The position numbers and the translations under genes were made by a program. Shown here piece by piece: positions 9,752-22,216 of a stretch of DNA of 64,000 nucleotides; within the stretch, counting starts at the first letter, position 1; each line of letters starts with the position of its first letter. Below the pieces are notes generated by a model. It did not search any database and was not told the origin of the DNA. It saw nothing but the letters and a program-made list of their open reading frames with translations. The stretch covers positions 57,589 through 121,588 of the forward strand of contig MGRJ01000031.1 of the NCBI GenBank assembly GCA_001798135.1, given 5' to 3'. This DNA comes from Deltaproteobacteria bacterium RIFCSPHIGHO2_02_FULL_40_28 (GTDB lineage Bacteria > UBA10199 > 2-12-FULL-40-28).

Positions 9752-10005
9752 AAAATCACTCCTGCCCTTTCAATCCTTACTGCTGCTTGTTTATAATTGG
9801 GTTCACGTGAAATCGGATCAAATGCCGCTACAGTTAAAATGTTGGCACAGGCTTCAACGTAGTGGAACGGGATAAACAAATGCCCTGGTTTAAGTTCCCT
9901 GGCATCCTGGGGATTTATTTCTACCCACATGGCTGCCGGTAACACAAGGTCTGCTAACTCTGCAGCATGGGAACAGAAAGCAAAGATTATGCCACTATGT
10001 ATCAA
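9748..10005 (-). pseudogene. C-terminal remnant of a molybdopterin oxidoreductase (assimilatory nitrate reductase NasA-like, MopB C-terminal barrel)
   Basis: The 85-aa ORF looks like only the C-terminal molybdopterin-dinucleotide-binding domain (ADLVLPAAMWVE...NPQDA..LKPGHLF...FDPISREPNYKQAAVRIE). No upstream catalytic domain is present. It overlaps the nirB start. Confidence 0.45.
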
Positions 10006-10150
10006 AAAAAAATTATTTCAAATCAAGGGAGTAAACAAAATGTGGTTTATTAGAAATGAAAATTCATGCTCAAGATAGAGGCAATTGCTTAAAAAAAAGA
10101 CACATACAAATTCCATTGATTTGCCTTGCATCCCTGGTTATATCATTTTT

Positions 10151-11194
10151 ATGTCCAACAAGCCGCTCTCCTACGCCGACTCGGGTGTAAATATTGACGA
10201 AGGAAACGCCCTCGTTGATCAAATTGAAAACTTAGTAAAACCTACCCTAAGGCCTGAAGTGATGGCCGCAGTTGGAGGTTATGCCGGCCTCTTTGCTCTT
10301 GATACCAAAAAATACAAAAACCCTGTGCTTGTTTCTTGCACCGATGGAGTTGGTACCAAGTTAAAACTGGCTTTTGAAATGAATCGTTTTGATACCATTG
10401 GTCAGGATTTAGCAGCCATGTGTGTTAATGATCTTGTTTGTTGCGCGGCCGAGCCCCTCTTTTTTCTGGATTATTATGCCACCGGAAAACTGGATTCTAA
10501 AATTGCAGCCCCCTTTTTAAAAGGCTTAAGCAAGGCTTTGTCTGAAATCAATTGCACTTTAATTGGTGGTGAAACCGCCGAAATGCCAGGCTTCTACAAA
10601 CCAGGTGAATTTGATGTGGCGGGTTTTTCAGTAGGAGTGGTCGAAAAAAATAAAATCATTGATGGAAAAAATATTAAAGAGGAAGATTTACTGATTGGAA
10701 TTGCTAGCTCGGGTTTTCATAGCAACGGATATTCCTTGGTGAGAAAAATTGTTGAAACTTCCAAATTAAAACTTACTGAAGATGCTCTTCGATTAGGAAA
10801 ACCCTTGGGTGAAATTTTGTTGGAACCAACACGTATCTATGTAAAACCAATTTTAAAACTCCTTTCAACCTTAGAGCTAAAAGGGATTGCCCACATTACA
10901 GGTGGCGGGCTTATTGAAAATTTACCTCGAATCTTTGGAGAAAAATTTTCAGCAAAGCTCACTGTTTCTCAAATTAACCCTCCCCGTCTTTTTCGTGAAT
11001 TCCAAAAATTAGGAAAGGTTGCAGAACATGAGATGTGGCGGGTGTTTAACATGGGTATTGGAATGGCCATTGTCCTTGCACCCTCTGATGCTCCTAAAAC
11101 CTTAGAAATTTTGACGCAACAAGGTTATCCTTCCTGCGTTATAGGAAAAATGGTAGCCAGGAAAAAAATAAATGAAGAGGTAATTTTAATCTAA
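10151..11194 (+). CDS. purM: Phosphoribosylformylglycinamidine cyclo-ligase (AIR synthetase)
   Basis: SYADSGVNIDEGNALV...DGVGTKLK...; the ORF begins at 10085 but the conserved start is the Met at 10151. Confidence 0.85.
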   Translation: MSNKPLSYADSGVNIDEGNALVDQIENLVKPTLRPEVMAAVGGYAGLFALDTKKYKNPVLVSCTDGVGTKLKLAFEMNRFDTIGQDLAAMCVNDLVCCAAEPLFFLDYYATGKLDSKIAAPFLKGLSKALSEINCTLIGGETAEMPGFYKPGEFDVAGFSVGVVEKNKIIDGKNIKEEDLLIGIASSGFHSNGYSLVRKIVETSKLKLTEDALRLGKPLGEILLEPTRIYVKPILKLLSTLELKGIAHITGGGLIENLPRIFGEKFSAKLTVSQINPPRLFREFQKLGKVAEHEMWRVFNMGIGMAIVLAPSDAPKTLEILTQQGYPSCVIGKMVARKKINEEVILI

Positions 11195-11204
11195 GAACGT
11201 GTAG

Positions 11205-11335
11205 GGGCCCGCCTGAGGTGGGCCCTGGAATTGATGGTTGATTTGTGGGCGGGTTTGGAACCCGCCCCTACGTAGGGGCGGCCCCCTGTGGCCGCCCATG
11301 AAAAGGGCAACCACGGGGGGTTGCCCCTACAAAAA
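11205..11335. repeat. Cluster of four or more family C palindromes (GGGGC-N-GCCCCTAC type)
   Basis: gtaggggcccgcctgaggtgggccc..., gggcgggtttggaacccgcccctacgtaggggcggccccctgtggccgccc..., ggggggttgcccctac. Family C also occurs at 3604-3633, 5829-5854, 18668-18745, 34386-34408, 34925-34996, 35286-35316, 35697-35752, 51487-51538, 51921-51990 and 52493-52570. Confidence 0.75.
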
Positions 11336-11348
11336 ATACCCAATATTT

Positions 11349-11966
11349 ATGCACAATATTCTCCCCATCGGTGTTTTAGTTTCTGGCAGCGGTACAAACC
11401 TGCAATCATTGATTGATGCCTGCCAAAAAAAACAAATCCAGGCTGAAATTAAGGTGGTTATTTCTAACAAGCCAGATGTTTTAGCTCTTCAAAGAGCCAA
11501 GAATGCAAATATTCCAGCCTTTGTGGTTGAATACCCCACGCAAACAGATCGTAACCTTATTGAAAAAAATATAACGCAAATTTTAAAAAATCATGGTGTT
11601 ACTTTAGTTGTATTAGCTGGTTTTATGAAAGTACTTGGAAAAACTTTTTTAGAAAAATTTCCAGGACGCGTCATTAATATTCATCCCTCATTACTTCCCG
11701 TCTTCCCTGGTATGAATGCCCAAAAACAAGCCTTTGAAGCAGGCGTTAAAGAAAGTGGAGCTACTGTCCATTTTGTAGATGAGGGATGTGATACAGGCCC
11801 CATTATTTTACAAGAAAAAGTGCCAATTTTAAAAACAGATACCTTGGAAGATTTACGTCTGCGTATTTTAGAAAAAGAACATATCATTTTACCAAAAGCG
11901 GTTGACCTTTTAGCAAAAAACAAAGTAAAACTCATCAATCACAAGGTCCATTGGGAGGAATCATGA
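11349..11966 (+). CDS. purN: Phosphoribosylglycinamide formyltransferase
   Basis: MHNILPIGVLVSGSGTNLQSLIDA...NIHPSLLP; the annotated ORF start at 11238 is an artefactual extension through the repeat cluster. Confidence 0.8.
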   Translation: MHNILPIGVLVSGSGTNLQSLIDACQKKQIQAEIKVVISNKPDVLALQRAKNANIPAFVVEYPTQTDRNLIEKNITQILKNHGVTLVVLAGFMKVLGKTFLEKFPGRVINIHPSLLPVFPGMNAQKQAFEAGVKESGATVHFVDEGCDTGPIILQEKVPILKTDTLEDLRLRILEKEHIILPKAVDLLAKNKVKLINHKVHWEES

Positions 11967-12541
11967 AAAAAACCCTTATTATTTTCCTTACTCTTTTAAT
12001 TCTTATGCCTTGGTATGCCGAGGCCAGAAGCGCCAAAAATAAAACCGTTGGAGTTTATGGCATGGGCAATATTCAATTACTGGGAACCGAACCAGAGTAT
12101 GCTCCAGGGCCAGGAGGTGGAGCTTACTTTGATTACCGCTTTAACCATCGTTTTTCTTTAACTGTTGATGCGTGGGTTACTACCCATAATGGAGATGATA
12201 GCTCTAATGGTGACGATGATATTGTATTATTAGGCATTCCCACTGCTACTTTAAAGCTTTACTTTATCGATGACGAATCTTCTAAATGGGATCCCTATGC
12301 GGGTATTGGCTTGGGTGTTTTTGCCCTTACAGAGGGAAGTACTGCCAATGGAACCAATGGGGTAGGCCTAGGAGCCCAAATTGATGTGGGTTTTGATTAT
12401 CATTTCACTGATATTATTGCTCTTGGATTTTCAGGTATTTTCCGCTCTGCAGGAATTATTCATAACCTGGATGGGGGCAATAATAGCGCTACTGCCATTA
12501 TCCCCTTTTCCCTGGTGGCCCGTTTAGGGTTTCATTTTTAA
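11951..12541 (+). CDS. Outer-membrane beta-barrel protein (OmpW/OmpA-like small barrel)
   Basis: Signal peptide MKKTLIIFLTLLILMPWYAEA, alternating amphipathic strands, C-terminal aromatic ...ARLGFHF. Confidence 0.45.
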   Translation: MGGIMKKTLIIFLTLLILMPWYAEARSAKNKTVGVYGMGNIQLLGTEPEYAPGPGGGAYFDYRFNHRFSLTVDAWVTTHNGDDSSNGDDDIVLLGIPTATLKLYFIDDESSKWDPYAGIGLGVFALTEGSTANGTNGVGLGAQIDVGFDYHFTDIIALGFSGIFRSAGIIHNLDGGNNSATAIIPFSLVARLGFHF

Positions 12542-12723
12542 TAAAAAACGGGTCAATAATCCCCTCTCCCCTTGGGAGAGAGGGTGAGGGGTGATTTAAA
12601 ATTTTCACCCTCTCCCTAACCCTCCCCCCTCAAGGGGGAGGGGATAGACCCCCGCGCCACCCATTTTTTCTTTTTTCATCATTATCTCTTTACTGACCCT
12701 GAGCTTTTCATGTTAGGATATCT

Positions 12724-14232
12724 TTGATGCTTGAGCGTTATTGTGATACCTTGGTTATAGGAACCGAGCTTCCAGGCTTAATTACAGCTGCCTTTCTTGC
12801 CAGACGTGGCCTTTCTGTTCATCTTCTCGATTTAGATCCCTTTGCAGGCGCTTCCCATACTCCCGATCCCTTTTGTGTAGCGCATCTTCATTCAAAATTA
12901 CTGCGCTCTATTTTAGGAAGGCTTAACGTACCCGAACCCAACATCAATCTGCTCAAAGAAACCGATTCACCCCTTCAGGTTATTTTTCCTAAAAAACGCA
13001 TCGATATTTCCCCTAATCCCATTATTTTTTACGAAGAACTGGAAAGAGAATTTCCCAAACACATTGATCAGTTGAAAATTTTTTATGAAAACCTGGCACA
13101 TATTAAACATCAGGTAGATACCCAGCAACTTTATTCACACCTCTTACCTAAAACCTTCATGGCAAAAAGAAAGCTTAAGAAATTTCTCCAGGTTCATGAT
13201 CTCAATAAAAAAGCGACAGATCTGGGTTTTAAGGATACGCCTCCCGACTTATCAGCTTTTTTAAAAGCTCAACTTAAACTTTTAACTTATACCCACAACG
13301 AAGATCCCTTTGTGTTTCAGGTTGCAGAACTTTTAAATCCTAATGAAGGAGAAATTCTTTCAGTGCAAGCAGGACATCAACATTTAAAACAAATCTTTTT
13401 AGATCGCATTGCACACCATGATGGTGTGTTGCGCTCCAATGTTAAAATTGATCATCTGCTTTTTCGAAATGGGCTTTTCCATGGGGCTAAACTTGCTGGA
13501 AACGATGGAAATATTCTTTCACGCTACATTATTTGGAATACCCAACTTAAACCACTTCTTCCCTACCTGCCTAAACTCATGCGATTTTGGTGGCTTAAAA
13601 AAGCAATACGTGAAGTTAAACCCAAGGCGCATTGGTTTACCACCCAGTTTGAAATTGATTACACATTAATCCCACTTCCTATGAAAGAAAATATTCTTTA
13701 TGTACACAATCCCAATAGTGAACTTTCTGGAACTAATTTTCTTTATATTCAACTTTATAAAAGAGCTGCGCAAGAGAGCCAAAAAACAGTCATCTCGGTA
13801 AGCTATCTTCTTGCTCCTGGTTATTTGGATGAAAAACTAAAAATCTTCGAAGGTTTTCATGCTAAAATTAAAGAAATACTGGAATTTTTAATTCCCTTTT
13901 CTCAAAAAAGTTTGGAACTTGTTTTTCCTCTTCCCCATAAAGCATCAGAAGAAGAAACTCTTTTTCCTCTTCGTGAAGATGATTTTGAAGTTTTTAAACA
14001 AAATGCTGCTACCCATCCTGTTTATGAAGTAAAAACAAAAACTTTTGCAGATCTTTTCCCTATTTCTTACAAAACTCCCTCCCCTAACTTTTTCCTCACT
14101 TCTCCCGAAATTCTAGGCGGTTTGGGTTATGAAGGAAAATACATGATGGGTCTTAAAGTAACTGATCTTATTTGGTCGGAAGTTGAACGCGAGAAAAAAC
14201 GCGCCATGAAAGTAGAACAACGAATTGCGTAG
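12724..14232 (+). CDS. Putative FAD/NAD(P)-binding oxidoreductase (phytoene-desaturase/amine-oxidase-like fold) with a degenerate dinucleotide motif
   Basis: N-terminal DTLVIGTELPGLITAAFLARRGLSVHLLD resembles a Rossmann beta-alpha-beta, 502 aa, with no specific motif recognised. Confidence 0.35.
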   Translation: MMLERYCDTLVIGTELPGLITAAFLARRGLSVHLLDLDPFAGASHTPDPFCVAHLHSKLLRSILGRLNVPEPNINLLKETDSPLQVIFPKKRIDISPNPIIFYEELEREFPKHIDQLKIFYENLAHIKHQVDTQQLYSHLLPKTFMAKRKLKKFLQVHDLNKKATDLGFKDTPPDLSAFLKAQLKLLTYTHNEDPFVFQVAELLNPNEGEILSVQAGHQHLKQIFLDRIAHHDGVLRSNVKIDHLLFRNGLFHGAKLAGNDGNILSRYIIWNTQLKPLLPYLPKLMRFWWLKKAIREVKPKAHWFTTQFEIDYTLIPLPMKENILYVHNPNSELSGTNFLYIQLYKRAAQESQKTVISVSYLLAPGYLDEKLKIFEGFHAKIKEILEFLIPFSQKSLELVFPLPHKASEEETLFPLREDDFEVFKQNAATHPVYEVKTKTFADLFPISYKTPSPNFFLTSPEILGGLGYEGKYMMGLKVTDLIWSEVEREKKRAMKVEQRIA

Positions 14233-14237
14233 GAGGG

Positions 14238-14327
14238 CCAAGGGGGAGTGTTTCTTGAGGAGCGAGGACTGTCTGACGAGCCTTTGTGGCTGCGAGTTCC
14301 GCAGGGACGAAAGAAATACTCCCCCTT
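14238..14327. terminator. Long inverted repeat (14-bp perfect stem GGCCAAGGGGGAGT...ACTCCCCCTTGGCC) between convergent genes
   Basis: ggccaagggggagtg...(about 60 nt)...tactcccccttggcc read directly. It sits between the stops of 12724-14232 (+) and 14432-16765 (-). Confidence 0.4.
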
Positions 14328-14431
14328 GGCCATTCTCAGATTTTCTTTAACAAAAAAGCCGGAAATGTTTCCACCTCCGACTTCTTGTTTGTCCATCCTC
14401 GGGAAGAGAGGAAGTTAAGTAATCAAAAAAA

Positions 14432-16765
14432 TTAAAGCTCCGCACCAAAGTTGATATAAACTCGGCCCTTATCAATGTTTGGGTTAGTACGAGAATATCC
14501 TTTTGCACTTACAACGACATCATCAAGCCCATCCCCATTCATATCCTGGCCGCCGCTCACAGATTTGCCTGCATAATCTCTTTCTAATTCACCAACCATG
14601 GTGGCATTAGCATCTGAGAGATTAATACTCGAACCAGAAATTGAGCTTCCTAAGAAAATATAGATTTTGCCTGCTTCGATGGCATTATCATCGTTTAAAT
14701 AAGATCCAAAAATAAGATCATCCAAACCATCACCGTCTAAATCGCCCGCAGAAGAAATTCCATAACCTGCATTATCATCAGCAGATTCACCTACAAAGGT
14801 GGTTGTTGCAGACATCAAGCCTGAATAACTAGCACCTTCAATCAAGTAAATAGCACCCGCATTGGAGCCACCATTATCGTTTGATGGAGCACCAATTAAC
14901 ATATCGGCCATGCCATCTCCATTTACATCACCAGCAGCTGCTACTCTTAAACCGGCACTATCGCTGGCAGATTGTCCTACAAAGTAGGGACGGGTGGAAA
15001 GGGTTAATGAACCACTTAAACTTGAGGATCCATAAATTAAGTAAACCCGGCCTGCATTGCTTGCAGTAGTGTCGTTTCCGGGAGCACCCACTAAGAAATC
15101 ATCGTAACCATCGGCATCTACATCACCAACACCAGCTACAGATTTACCAAGGTAATCTTGTTGATCGGCTCCAACCATCGTGGCATCAGCAGAAGAAAGA
15201 GAAACCGAACCAGACATCGAGGCATCTCCATTACATGCGCTTCCCTTGCCTAAAAACAAGTAAGCTTTTCCGGCGCTGGAATCGCTTCCATTATCATAAC
15301 CATAAGAGGCAATAACAAAATCATCACAACCATCGGCATTAACGTCCCCCGCACCAGCAATAGAATCTTCTTCGCCTAAATAATCGCTTTTATTTTCACC
15401 TGTAAAGGTAGCTGAAGCAGAAGAGAGTACAAGTAAACCATCACCAGAACTCGCTTCTGCAGTGAGACTAGAACCATACACCAAGTAAACCCGGCCTGCG
15501 TCTGTATTGGAACCATCATCATAACCAGGAGCACCAACTAAAATATCATCCTTGCCATCACCGTTTACGTCACCCGCACCAGCAATAGTTGTTCCGGCCT
15601 GACCATAAACACTTCCGGAAGAATAAGATCCAGCTCCGGCCAATTCTACATTGGGGCCATTAGAATCATCACGATCAGCTGTTAAGGTGGCAGAAGGACT
15701 GGACGAACCAAAGTAAATATAAACCGCACCCGCACTGGTTCCGCGGTCATCGTTATAGGGAGCGCTTGCTGCCATATCGGCATAACCATCACCATTTACA
15801 TCCCCAATAAAGGCCACTTTAAATCCAAGGCTGTCGTACATGTTTTTACCAGTACCAACAGAGGTAGAATCACCTAAATCCATTCCTAAATCAGCAACTC
15901 CATCGCAATCGTTATCGGCTAGATCAAAAATTTCTGCTGCATCAGGATTTACAGCGGCATTGGTATCATCACAATCAGAACCACCATCAGCTACCGCGTC
16001 AAAGCCATCATCGTCATCATCAGTATCTTCATTATCACCCAAGCCATCCCCATCACTATCTGCAGATTCATCGGGATCGGTTGGGAAAGCATCTGAGTTA
16101 TCGCCTACACCATCTCCATCGGTATCTACAGTTTCATCAGGATCTTCAGGAAAGGCATCCGAATTATCACCAATTCCATCCCCATCGGTATCAGTTGTTT
16201 CGGTTGCATCATCGGGAAAGGCATCGGTATTATCGCCTACACCATCTCCATCGGTATCGGTTGTTTCGGTAGCATCATCGGGAAAGGCATCACACACATC
16301 GCCTGCGCCATCACTATCGGTATCGGTTTGAGCTTCATTGCCAAGATCAGCACAGTTATCGCAGGTATCACCCAGGCCATCGGCATCGGTATCGGTTTGA
16401 TCGGCATTTAAATCACTGACGCAATTATCGGAATTATCACCAACACCATCACCATCGGTATCATTGGTTTCGGCTGGATCTGTTGGAAATTCGTCTACAT
16501 CATCTGTAACACCATCTCCATCGGTATCTTGACTACCACTTCCACCTTCATCACCACCACCCGTATCACCACCGTTTTCATCTCCAGTGCCGTCTCCAGT
16601 ACCATCGTCACCGCTTCCATCATCAGCTGGTGGCACTTCATCAACAGAACCATCGGCGCTGCCATTATGTTCGTCTCGGGCTTGACTTGTACAGGCGTTA
16701 ACACCCAACACAAGAAAACCTAAAAACAACCAGGTAAAAATTTTAAAGCGAGTTTGGGACATCAT
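14432..16765 (-). CDS. Secreted protein with thrombospondin type-3 (calcium-binding D-x-D-x-D-G) repeats followed by FG-GAP/integrin-alpha-like repeats
   Basis: Signal peptide. About 12 DTDGDGVGDNSD/DAFPDD repeats. Then GDVNGDGxxD...G repeats (FG-GAP). 777 aa. Confidence 0.6.
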   Translation of the reverse strand: MMSQTRFKIFTWLFLGFLVLGVNACTSQARDEHNGSADGSVDEVPPADDGSGDDGTGDGTGDENGGDTGGGDEGGSGSQDTDGDGVTDDVDEFPTDPAETNDTDGDGVGDNSDNCVSDLNADQTDTDADGLGDTCDNCADLGNEAQTDTDSDGAGDVCDAFPDDATETTDTDGDGVGDNTDAFPDDATETTDTDGDGIGDNSDAFPEDPDETVDTDGDGVGDNSDAFPTDPDESADSDGDGLGDNEDTDDDDDGFDAVADGGSDCDDTNAAVNPDAAEIFDLADNDCDGVADLGMDLGDSTSVGTGKNMYDSLGFKVAFIGDVNGDGYADMAASAPYNDDRGTSAGAVYIYFGSSSPSATLTADRDDSNGPNVELAGAGSYSSGSVYGQAGTTIAGAGDVNGDGKDDILVGAPGYDDGSNTDAGRVYLVYGSSLTAEASSGDGLLVLSSASATFTGENKSDYLGEEDSIAGAGDVNADGCDDFVIASYGYDNGSDSSAGKAYLFLGKGSACNGDASMSGSVSLSSADATMVGADQQDYLGKSVAGVGDVDADGYDDFLVGAPGNDTTASNAGRVYLIYGSSSLSGSLTLSTRPYFVGQSASDSAGLRVAAAGDVNGDGMADMLIGAPSNDNGGSNAGAIYLIEGASYSGLMSATTTFVGESADDNAGYGISSAGDLDGDGLDDLIFGSYLNDDNAIEAGKIYIFLGSSISGSSINLSDANATMVGELERDYAGKSVSGGQDMNGDGLDDVVVSAKGYSRTNPNIDKGRVYINFGAEL

Positions 16766-16790
16766 AAATTCTCCTACCCCCTTACCCTTT

Positions 16791-18590
16791 TTAGTAACGG
16801 CCAGAATTCCTGCGATCAGTTAAGGCATAGTTCATCTCATCAGTTGCCAAGAGATCGTCATAGTGTTCGCCACCACGACCACTGATAGGTGATACATCGG
16901 TTCCTTCACCACCATTGTCATATTCTGTAGAGGCCGAACTATCTCCTGCATAAAGAAGAGGGCTACTAGCATCGGGAGTAAAGGCATCGGGTGTTGCTTC
17001 TAATGCACCATCATCGGCAATGCTCAAAGTTACTCCATCGTTTTGCCAAACAGGAGCCTCAGTGAAAAGATTACCCGTTGAAGATTCTGGAACTTGATCA
17101 TCTGTCATTCCAAAGGTGTAGAAGTTAGAAAAATCAATTGTGGCACGATTTTGTGGATCAGAATCCGACAAACCAGAAATGATATCTCCTTCAACCAACA
17201 TGTGGCTGATCTGCCAGTTATGAAGTGAAATCACTCCCTCATCAACACCATTATCTAAAGTAACAGCATTTGTAAAAGGGGTGATACTGTCGGCCGCTGT
17301 GATTTCTTCGCTTATAGGAAGTGAAGCTTCAAAATAATCTGTAATGCTGCGATTTTGAGCCAATTCTACATTGGAAGAATCGAAAGTATTACCTTCAACA
17401 GAAGTAACGCGCACAGGGGCTACACTTCCAGCAAAGTTATCTACAAATTCTGCAGAAACAAGGCTTGAAGTATCCAAGTAATCACTATCTAAATTATTAA
17501 GCAATTCAAGATCAAGAAGACCATACTCAGCATAGCTGGCATTGTTGGCTACCTTAATCCCCCAACCTTCGTAGTAGTGGGCGCTAATATCTAAAAGGCT
17601 GCCTGAGGTTACGTTGCCATCTATGTTAACAGAATGGAGCACCACAGCATTGGCACCATTTGCTGCAACAACACTGGGAGCAAAATCATAGGAATCTACA
17701 AGATTCACATTTTCCAACCAGAGAGTGGAACCTTCACCTGCAAAAGCTGCTTCACCACGAGAAAGTTCGATATAGCTGGGATCCTCTGGGTTTGTGCTTA
17801 CTACTTTAAGGCTGGCACCTGTTCCATGAACAGAAACAGCTCCACGTTCTTCATCATCAGAAAGATCTGCATGCCCTTCTGGTCTGGCAAAATCATGGAT
17901 GGAAACATCTTCTAAAGTGAGATCGTACTCCATGTCTCCAGGAACTAAAACATCCTCTAACACGTCATCATCGGTGCCATCACGACGCACCACAACGGCT
18001 GCATGATGCACATAGCCATCATCACCACTTGTACGACCATCAAAATTTAAACCTTGAACGGAAATTCTTTCGGAATTGTAAACATCTAAAACAACTCCAT
18101 CCTCAGTGCCACTTTCTAAAACAATGGAGGCACTTGAATAGGGAGCTAAAGTCACATCAGCTTTATCATCAACGCTGATATTGACATGATAACTACCAGT
18201 TGTGCCGATGGCATAAGTAGTTTCATCTTCAGTCTCTGTTGCAATGGGATCGGGTAAAAAGTAAACATGATCTCCACTGGTTAAAACGCCATTTAATTCG
18301 GAGGGGGAAACAACAGGACCAGTTAATTCATACAACCCGGCTGCTGCATCGGGATTATTGGTAACAAAAATATCTTGGGGGGTTGCATCATCATCTCCAG
18401 TACCACCAGTACCTGCGGTATCATCAGCAGAATCCTCTGCAAATTCACCACAACCTGAAATTGCTACAATCGCAGCACCCGCAGCAACATAACCAAGCCA
18501 TAGTAAAGGTAAAACCATATATCCTCCCCAACGAAAAAGCTTTTTAAAAAGCTTGTATTTCTTCTTGGTCGTCCAACGGTAGATAACCAA
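16791..18590 (-). CDS. Secreted/anchored hypothetical protein, possibly a beta-helix fold
   Basis: N-terminal TM/signal (LPLLWLGYVAAGAAIVAISGC), Asp/Thr/Gly-rich, 599 aa, lying upstream of the TSP3 protein on the same strand. Confidence 0.35.
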   Translation of the reverse strand: MVIYRWTTKKKYKLFKKLFRWGGYMVLPLLWLGYVAAGAAIVAISGCGEFAEDSADDTAGTGGTGDDDATPQDIFVTNNPDAAAGLYELTGPVVSPSELNGVLTSGDHVYFLPDPIATETEDETTYAIGTTGSYHVNISVDDKADVTLAPYSSASIVLESGTEDGVVLDVYNSERISVQGLNFDGRTSGDDGYVHHAAVVVRRDGTDDDVLEDVLVPGDMEYDLTLEDVSIHDFARPEGHADLSDDEERGAVSVHGTGASLKVVSTNPEDPSYIELSRGEAAFAGEGSTLWLENVNLVDSYDFAPSVVAANGANAVVLHSVNIDGNVTSGSLLDISAHYYEGWGIKVANNASYAEYGLLDLELLNNLDSDYLDTSSLVSAEFVDNFAGSVAPVRVTSVEGNTFDSSNVELAQNRSITDYFEASLPISEEITAADSITPFTNAVTLDNGVDEGVISLHNWQISHMLVEGDIISGLSDSDPQNRATIDFSNFYTFGMTDDQVPESSTGNLFTEAPVWQNDGVTLSIADDGALEATPDAFTPDASSPLLYAGDSSASTEYDNGGEGTDVSPISGRGGEHYDDLLATDEMNYALTDRRNSGRY

Positions 18591-18786
18591 GATTTTTTAT
18601 ATACTCAACGTTCAATGATAATTATCGGGTGAAAAAAAGAATGGTTGCTAAAATTTTGACACTGGCAATTTTTGAGGATAGGTAGGGGCAATTCTATGTA
18701 ATCGCCCCAATAATAAACAGGGCGAAAACATAGTTTCGCCCCTACGTAAATAACATAAATACTTAATATTATTCAATAATTTATGC

Positions 18787-19242
18787 TTATTGTTCTTCAG
18801 TTTTAATAAGGCCTGAGGTTGCTTCTGTTTTCCAATCTTCCCAGGTATCTGAAGCAACTTCTACCCCTGTACTGGCAATTTCACGGGCTTCTTGAATAAC
18901 ATCATCAGCCATGTCTGACAGTTCATCAAATAAGGGCTCGATGCCTTTTTCTTGAACGCGGCTAGCCGTTTCACCAATACCCACAACGGCTCCCTGGACT
19001 TGACTTTTCATTTCATGCAAGCCCTCTTTAATTTCGTTGGTTGCCACCTTAAGTTTGGATTTGATACTGGCTTTTCTGGCTTTGATTTTAGTTTTTACCT
19101 TGGAGACTCTAGCTTTGAGCTTGCCAGTCACTTTCTTTTTCCCCTTGGTTTTACGAGTTGATTTTTTAGCCTTTTTACGAACTATTTTCTTTTTAGCTGT
19201 TTTGCGAGCTGATTTTACTTTTTTCTTTTTCTTCTTAGCCAT
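18787..19242 (-). CDS. Histone H1-like lysine-rich DNA-binding protein
   Basis: About 75 N-terminal residues are K/A/R-rich (MAKKKKKKVKSARKTAKKKIVRKKAKK...). An acidic/helical C-terminal half follows. A terminator-like hairpin ggggcgaaactatgttttcgccc lies downstream at about 18700-18750. Confidence 0.5.
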   Translation of the reverse strand: MAKKKKKKVKSARKTAKKKIVRKKAKKSTRKTKGKKKVTGKLKARVSKVKTKIKARKASIKSKLKVATNEIKEGLHEMKSQVQGAVVGIGETASRVQEKGIEPLFDELSDMADDVIQEAREIASTGVEVASDTWEDWKTEATSGLIKTEEQ

Positions 19243-19303
19243 AATTCACCTCCCTGAGGGTTTAAGGGATTCTTCAAAATTTTAAGATTTAAGGCAAGAG
19301 AAA

Positions 19304-22191
<2,888 letters not shown>

Positions 22192-22216
22192 AATTTTTTA
22201 TACCCACCGCTTTTTG

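Noticed and set aside
11238-11348. N-terminal 37 aa of the annotated purN ORF (MICGRVWNPPLRRGGPLWPP...)
   Set aside because: It is encoded by family C palindromes. Conserved PurN starts at the Met at 11349. The 5' extension is treated as non-coding.
14238-14327. Possible hammerhead ribozyme (CUGACGAG ... CGAAA with a long stem III)
   Set aside because: Stem III, the UH site and the GAAA can be placed. The sequence that would have to form stem I (GAGGAGCGAGGACUGU) has no internal complementarity. Stem II also has mismatches at its base. No consistent type I or type III fold could be built.
14127-14396. 89-aa minus-strand ORF
   Set aside because: It overlaps the 3' end of the 502-aa gene and the long hairpin, has low complexity (Ser/Arg-rich) and no recognisable motif. 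It is likely spurious.
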